A stretch of DNA of 64,000 nucleotides from Candidatus Latescibacterota bacterium (GTDB lineage Bacteria; Latescibacterota; UBA2968; GCA-2709665). How positions within the stretch are numbered: the first letter of the stretch is position 1; every line of letters begins with the position of its first letter. The stretch lies in contig OZ242180.1 in assembly GCA_965205485.1 (NCBI GenBank), positions 32,001 through 96,000 on the forward strand, read 5' to 3'. Position numbers and translations under genes: made by a program. The notes under the pieces were generated by a model. That model was not told the DNA's origin, made no database searches, and worked only from the letters and a program-made list of their open reading frames with translations. Positions 58,714 to 64,000 of this stretch are shown in pieces.

Positions 58714-61095
58714 TCACAGCGCATCCGGCTCATTCTCTCCGTGCCGGTCGAGATATTCAATATCAACAAGCACCTCGCGGCCCTTGCTGCTCCCGTCCGA
58801 TGGACCGACGATTCCGGCCTGCTCCAGTTCATCCACGAGCCGCGCGGCGCGCGCATATCCCACTTTCATGCGGCGCTGAAGCAGCGAGGCCGACCCCTGC
58901 TGGTGGGTAACGACCAGCCGCAGCGCTTCGTCGAAACGTTTGTCGCGCGACCCTTCGGCGAGCATCAGTTCGTTCTCGTCCACACCCAGGTCCAACTGCG
59001 CCAGCTCCACGCCCTGGCCGCTCACCCATTCCACCAGTCGCTCGGTCTCCTCGGTTGTCATATTCGCACCGTGGACCCGCACCGGCTCCGCCTTGCCGGC
59101 CGGCATGAACAGCATATCGCCGCGGCCCAGAAGCTTCTCGGCGCCATTACAATCCAGAATCGTGCGTGAATCCACTTTCGACGCCACGCGAAACGCGATA
59201 CGAGATGGGAAATTCGCCTTGATCGTGCCCGTGATCACGTTTACCGACGGCCGCTGAGTCGCCAGGATCAGATGGATGCCCACGGCGCGCGCCATCTGCG
59301 CAAGCCGCGCCAGGGAATCCTCGATGTCCGCGGGCGCCGTCATCATCAGGTCCGCGAGCTCGTCGACCACAACCACGATGTAGGGCAGGAGCGGGGGGAC
59401 CTCGCCCCGGTCTTCCTCCGACTCCGCCTCCGTGCGCATCTTCTCCAGTTTGCTGTTGAAGTCCGTGATATTCCTCACGTTGTACTGCGCCAGGTTTCGA
59501 TAACGGTCTTCCATCTCCGCAACCGCCCACCTCAACGCTTCCGAGGCCTTCTGCGGTTCAGTGACGACCGGCGCCAGCAGGTGCGGAATGCTGTTGTAGA
59601 TGGACAGCTCCAGCATCTTCGGGTCCACCATGATGAAACGCACCTCTTCGGGACTACACCGCATCAGGATGCTGGTAATCAGCCCGTTGACACATACGGA
59701 TTTCCCGCTCCCCGTCGCGCCGGCGATCAACAGGTGCGGCATGGACGCCAGGCTTGTGCAGACGGATTCTCCGGTGGCGGACTTGCCCAGCGCCAGCATC
59801 AGCTTCTCATCGGCATCCTGAAAGGCGTCGGACTCGAGAATCTCCCGCAGGAAGACGGTAGAGGGGTTCGCGTTCGGCACTTCGATGCCCACGGCCGCTT
59901 TGCCTGGAATCGGCGCCTGGATGCGGATGCTTCTCGCCTTCATCACCAGAGCGAGGTCGTCTGACAGGTTGACGATGCGGTTCACCTTGACCCCGCGGGG
60001 CGGCTGCACCTCGTATCCGGTAATGACAGGGCCCGGATTGACCTGCACGACCTTGCCTTCGATGCCAAAGCTGCTGAGGCTGTGCTCAAGTGTCTGCGCG
60101 CCTTCCAGCAGGACCGACCTGTCCGGCCCTTCCTCCGTTTGTGCCGGCTCATTGAGCAATTTCAGGTCCGGCAACCGGTACCGGACGTCCCCGCCTCCCG
60201 GCGAATGCGCTTTCGGCTTCAGGCCGGTCGACCTGGAAATCTCCACCGGATCCGCCACGATGTCGGGGTCGAGCGTAACCGACGGTTGATCTTCCGGCTC
60301 GTCCGCGTCGGCTTCGTACAGCGGAAAGGGCTCGGGGATGGCATCGTCAGTCTCAGCCGGCAGAACCGACCCGGCGTGGTTTCCGGATTCCGTCTCCCCC
60401 TCCGGCGGGTCCACTTCCGCGCTTTCCGGCGCAAGCGTCTCCACGGTCTGCGGCTGCTCCGGAAGCCCAGGCGTGGAGCCGCCGGAGATGTGCGTCGGAT
60501 TGCGCTTTGCCCGCGACGCCCACAATTCCGGAATTCGCGAAAAGGACAGGCGGGTGAGCACCATAAAGAACACCACGAACAGGGCGCACAACAGGATGTA
60601 CGACCCCACGAACCCCAGATACGGGACCAGAATCCTCCCCGCAAGGGTAACCCCCAGCCAACCGCCCATCAGAAACGACAGATGGGTCTCTCCCCGGGAC
60701 GGTACGCACGCCGCGGCGCCGTAAACCACAACCAGGGCCAGCAATGCCAGGCTTTGCGTTACGAAAGGCAGGGCCGGACGTTCTCTGAAGCGATTCCAGC
60801 CCCACATCAGAACGATGGCTGTCAGCACGTAGGCGCCGTGGCCGACCGCGAACAATAGATAGAATGAGACCTGACTGCCGATCCACCCCGCCATATTTTC
60901 CGTGAGTTCCGGCGCACGACTCGAATTCGGTGGATCCTGCGGCGAATGCGAAACCAGGCTTACCACCATGAACAGCGCAACCGCGAACAGCAACACACCG
61001 CAGACCTGATTTACCAGGTCCGGTCTGTTTTGCGGTTCCTCTATAACCGCGTTCGGTTCCTCTATCATCTTTGATCCACCCTTGTCCTGGTGCAT
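58714..61095 (-). CDS. ftsK: DNA translocase
   Basis: 4TM N-terminus, PHLLIAGATGSGKS, DELADLMM, gamma domain LQRRMKVGYARAAR. Confidence 0.96.
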   Translation of the reverse strand: MHQDKGGSKMIEEPNAVIEEPQNRPDLVNQVCGVLLFAVALFMVVSLVSHSPQDPPNSSRAPELTENMAGWIGSQVSFYLLFAVGHGAYVLTAIVLMWGWNRFRERPALPFVTQSLALLALVVVYGAAACVPSRGETHLSFLMGGWLGVTLAGRILVPYLGFVGSYILLCALFVVFFMVLTRLSFSRIPELWASRAKRNPTHISGGSTPGLPEQPQTVETLAPESAEVDPPEGETESGNHAGSVLPAETDDAIPEPFPLYEADADEPEDQPSVTLDPDIVADPVEISRSTGLKPKAHSPGGGDVRYRLPDLKLLNEPAQTEEGPDRSVLLEGAQTLEHSLSSFGIEGKVVQVNPGPVITGYEVQPPRGVKVNRIVNLSDDLALVMKARSIRIQAPIPGKAAVGIEVPNANPSTVFLREILESDAFQDADEKLMLALGKSATGESVCTSLASMPHLLIAGATGSGKSVCVNGLITSILMRCSPEEVRFIMVDPKMLELSIYNSIPHLLAPVVTEPQKASEALRWAVAEMEDRYRNLAQYNVRNITDFNSKLEKMRTEAESEEDRGEVPPLLPYIVVVVDELADLMMTAPADIEDSLARLAQMARAVGIHLILATQRPSVNVITGTIKANFPSRIAFRVASKVDSRTILDCNGAEKLLGRGDMLFMPAGKAEPVRVHGANMTTEETERLVEWVSGQGVELAQLDLGVDENELMLAEGSRDKRFDEALRLVVTHQQGSASLLQRRMKVGYARAARLVDELEQAGIVGPSDGSSKGREVLVDIEYLDRHGENEPDAL

Positions 61096-61163
61096 ACAAG
61101 GGGAGAGTGCGCACGTGGGTCGATTCCGATGCTCCAGCGCAGGGGATCCGCCGGTACCGCGGG

Positions 61164-62858
61164 TTACAACCCTCTTGCCAGCACGACAGGGGCCTTCGTT
61201 CTAAAGATACGACCTTTGAGCGAAGTCTCCAAAAATAAGATGTAAATCCCGGGCTTCAACAGCGCGCCGTCTTCACCCGACCCGTCCCAGGTCACCCGCC
61301 GCCGGCTGCCTCCGGCGGCGGCATCGAGGAGCCGCTTTACCGGATGTCCGGACCTGTCGTACACCCACAGGTTCACGTCGGCGCGGGGCGTTGGAAGAAG
61401 ATACCGTATTTCCACCCGGTCGTAGAAGGGATTGGGCTCGGCCACCAGGCGGACGCCTTCGATGCCGGTTTGCAGCGCCACGCTGTTTTCGCGCCCGGGC
61501 GTCGCGCCGTCCTCGTGTGTACTTGCGAGCCAGTTCAGCAGATCGCCGCTCGGTCCGGAACCCGAGATTCGTTCGAGCGACCGGCCGGTAAACGCCGCGG
61601 CATCGTAAACCATACTGTCCACAACCGCGCCGGTTGCATCGCGCAAGACAACGGCGTCACCGCTGTCGTTCAGACGTGCCCATCTCCCGGGCGCGACGAC
61701 CCGAACGGTCCGGTCCGGAAACCGGCTGTAGAACCGGTCCATGTGTTCGGCCACAACCAGGTACGCATCGGGCTGCAGCCGCAAGGGGTTGCTCCCGAAC
61801 GGGCCGCCCGGCGATTTCGCATCCTCGATACGCCACGCGATCACGTCCAGCGCCCGCCCGGAACGGTTGTGGAGTTCCACCCACTCCGGCTCACCCTCGA
61901 CGGGAGCATACATCACTTCGTTTACGATCACCGCCCGGGGTGCTACGCCGCCGAGTACCGTCCAGGTCACCTGATTGTTCGACGTATCCTCATCGGCTTC
62001 GAACACGACCCTGGCCACGTACTCGTGCTGTCCCGGCGGTACGATTCCGATTGGCGTCTCGATCCGGAGATGCCCGGCAGGCTCGAGATCCGGAAAATCC
62101 CGATGCCACGCGACAACTCCCTGCACGTCCACGAAAAACGCCGTTGCCGGCCGGCGCCCCCGGTTGACCACCTGCAGGACAAAGTCCCGCGCGACGCCCG
62201 CCGGAACCGGAAACGGCGACTCCGATACCCGTTCCAGCGCCAGGTCGAAGTCTTTGGGGCTGACGCTGTTGACGCGTCCCGGCGTCCCTCCCTCCCAACG
62301 CGAATCCATCCAGTTCTCCGGTCCGTCGCCCCCGGCAGGGTCCACTTTCTCCTCGGAATACCCCGGCTTGTTTCCCGTCGTGTAGACCATCGCGCCTACG
62401 GTGTCGCCGGCCGATGAAACGAGTACGATCCGCTCCGGCGCTGAATTGCTCAGGCCCGAGTTCCCGATCGTGGCGTCAGCCACGGTGAGGATCAATGCGG
62501 ACGGGGGAAGCGGATCGTAACGGGTCGAATGCGCGAAGTAACCGGAATCCAGAATCAGCCCGAACGCCCCCGGCTGCAGCACGGTCTCGTTCTCGAAGAC
62601 CAGTTCGTCCGCTTCGTCGCCGTCTCCAGCCTGCCAGCCGGCGAGATCCTCGGGTTCGCTGCCCGTATTCTGAATCTCTATAAACTCGTCGTAAAACTCG
62701 CTGCCGGACGGGTCGAACATGACCTCGCTGATCACCACGCGTCCCTCCGCACGGACACCTGGCATCACCACAGCGAGCAGCAAGGCAATGCCGCCAACGA
62801 CCAACCCGGCGCCAATGCCTCGATACCCGATGCTCCGACCGGCCGAAAGCCCGTTCAT
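61164..62858 (-). CDS. Secreted lamin-tail-domain protein with CARDB-like and FlgD-Ig-like domains
   Basis: Two ISEVM/VNEVM...EFIE/EWVE...TPG..NS modules, DEDTSNN, PNPF...WDG...PGIY. Confidence 0.75.
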   Translation of the reverse strand: MNGLSAGRSIGYRGIGAGLVVGGIALLLAVVMPGVRAEGRVVISEVMFDPSGSEFYDEFIEIQNTGSEPEDLAGWQAGDGDEADELVFENETVLQPGAFGLILDSGYFAHSTRYDPLPPSALILTVADATIGNSGLSNSAPERIVLVSSAGDTVGAMVYTTGNKPGYSEEKVDPAGGDGPENWMDSRWEGGTPGRVNSVSPKDFDLALERVSESPFPVPAGVARDFVLQVVNRGRRPATAFFVDVQGVVAWHRDFPDLEPAGHLRIETPIGIVPPGQHEYVARVVFEADEDTSNNQVTWTVLGGVAPRAVIVNEVMYAPVEGEPEWVELHNRSGRALDVIAWRIEDAKSPGGPFGSNPLRLQPDAYLVVAEHMDRFYSRFPDRTVRVVAPGRWARLNDSGDAVVLRDATGAVVDSMVYDAAAFTGRSLERISGSGPSGDLLNWLASTHEDGATPGRENSVALQTGIEGVRLVAEPNPFYDRVEIRYLLPTPRADVNLWVYDRSGHPVKRLLDAAAGGSRRRVTWDGSGEDGALLKPGIYILFLETSLKGRIFRTKAPVVLARGL

Positions 62859-64000
62859 ATCATCCCCCGCCTGCGCCTGACGGTCCATTCCACGCCGAGG
62901 AGTACGATGAGAACGAAAAGCGGCCAATGTTTGCCCCACAGCCGCGCCCGGTGCGACTCCGACACCGCCTGCGGCGCCAGGTCGAGAGCGTTCAATACCT
63001 CGCGCAGGCGTTCGGGCGGCGCATAGGCGCCTCCGCTCTGTACGCCAACGCTTTCAAGCAGGTCTCTGTTCAGCCGCATGTCTTCGAATTCCAGACTGTA
63101 CCGGCCCACGGTAAACCGGCCCGTCGCACGCCCCAGATCGACGCCGCCCGACACGGCCCGGACGTCATACACGTACTCTCCCTGCGCGCCCGCCTTCATC
63201 TGCCCCCGGTAACGCCCCTCGCCTTCATCGTCCAGAATCGTCTGACGCACGCGGCCCTCGTCCACGACGGAAACCGCCACGCGGGCGCCCTCCTGCGGCT
63301 GGAGCAACTCGTTGAAGACACGGGCGTGGAACGTCACCGGGGCGCCGCTGCGATAGACGGGTTTATCCACCTCCACCTGAATCCGGTCGACGTCCTCCCG
63401 CTTGACCAGCCACTGCACCGAATTGGCCCAGAACGCCTTCGAAACTTCGTCGTTCCCGCCGACACCCCACAACATGAGACCGAGCCGCCAGAACGTCCTC
63501 GCGGCCACGGCCATCACCTTGCCCGTCCCCACGCGGCGCACCGCAACCAGCGGCATCTTCTCCCCGCCCGCACGCTCGATCGGATGATAGATGAGGGTTT
63601 CCGCATCGCCCTGGAGCCCACGGTTCACGTTGAAGGCCAGCATCGGCGGCAGATCGCTCCAGGCCTGCCGGTCCGCCAGCGGATCGTCCGAGACCCTTAG
63701 AATGGGATGCACGGTTCCCGACCGCGACAATTCAAGCCGGAACGGCGCCTCCCGGTATGTACTGGCGTCCTGGGTACACACAACCGGCAGCACGCGCGCG
63801 ATCGGCGACCGGGCGTAGGCGTCGTTGAATCCCGAAGGGCCGCCAACGACGAGCATTGCGCCGCCCGATTCCACGTATTCGGCCAGCCGGTGTCCGGATT
63901 GCCCCCAAATGGTTTCTCCGGGAAGATCGAACAGGACAAGGAGCCCCGAGGTATCGGGGTCGGCCAGTCCGGCCCGTATCCGCATCGGCCAGTCGCCCGT
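62855..64000 (-). CDS. Partial membrane protein with glutamine-amidotransferase-like domain
   Basis: YVESGGAMLVVGG, GTGKVMAV...FWR, C-terminal TM LGVEWTVRRRRG; frame open to the right edge. Confidence 0.65.
   Translation of the reverse strand, partial: TGDWPMRIRAGLADPDTSGLLVLFDLPGETIWGQSGHRLAEYVESGGAMLVVGGPSGFNDAYARSPIARVLPVVCTQDASTYREAPFRLELSRSGTVHPILRVSDDPLADRQAWSDLPPMLAFNVNRGLQGDAETLIYHPIERAGGEKMPLVAVRRVGTGKVMAVAARTFWRLGLMLWGVGGNDEVSKAFWANSVQWLVKREDVDRIQVEVDKPVYRSGAPVTFHARVFNELLQPQEGARVAVSVVDEGRVRQTILDDEGEGRYRGQMKAGAQGEYVYDVRAVSGGVDLGRATGRFTVGRYSLEFEDMRLNRDLLESVGVQSGGAYAPPERLREVLNALDLAPQAVSESHRARLWGKHWPLFVLIVLLGVEWTVRRRRGMI

Overview
Bacterial chromosomal window, mostly GC-rich (about 60-65% by eye). 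The many Gfo/Idh/MocA, PhyH, UxuA, amidohydrolase and heparinase-like genes, plus the lysS-lolD-clpC-bamA-skp order, suggest a diderm of the Latescibacterota/Gemmatimonadota (FCB-type) lineage; this is inference only. 1-29.4 kb is accessory catabolism: a repeat lipoprotein, a candidate 6S RNA, NnrS-like, HPF, an RnfD/UnbU-like gene bracketed by MITEs, a B12-radical SAM, two PhyH dioxygenases ahead of a cobalt nitrile hydratase operon, an amidohydrolase-Rieske pair, and heparinase and uronate genes. About 29.5-41.8 kb is an AT-richer island: duplicated promoter, AraC regulator, HlyD, ABC exporter, a 105-aa orphan peptide, IS256, CPBP protease, TPR protein, IS debris and small orphan genes. 42-64 kb carries a DMFase-like gene, aapJQMP and housekeeping genes (fabZ, skp, bamA, clpC, lolD, lysS, prfB with programmed frameshift, lolA, ftsK). 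Best leads: (1) the peptide-export/CPBP cassette, (2) an HXG-motif PhyH (candidate Fe/2OG halogenase) linked to nitrile hydratase, (3) an envelope operon with no lpxD/lpxA/lolE, (4) a DxH amidohydrolase-Rieske candidate oxygenase. All product calls come from motif recognition, not database searches.
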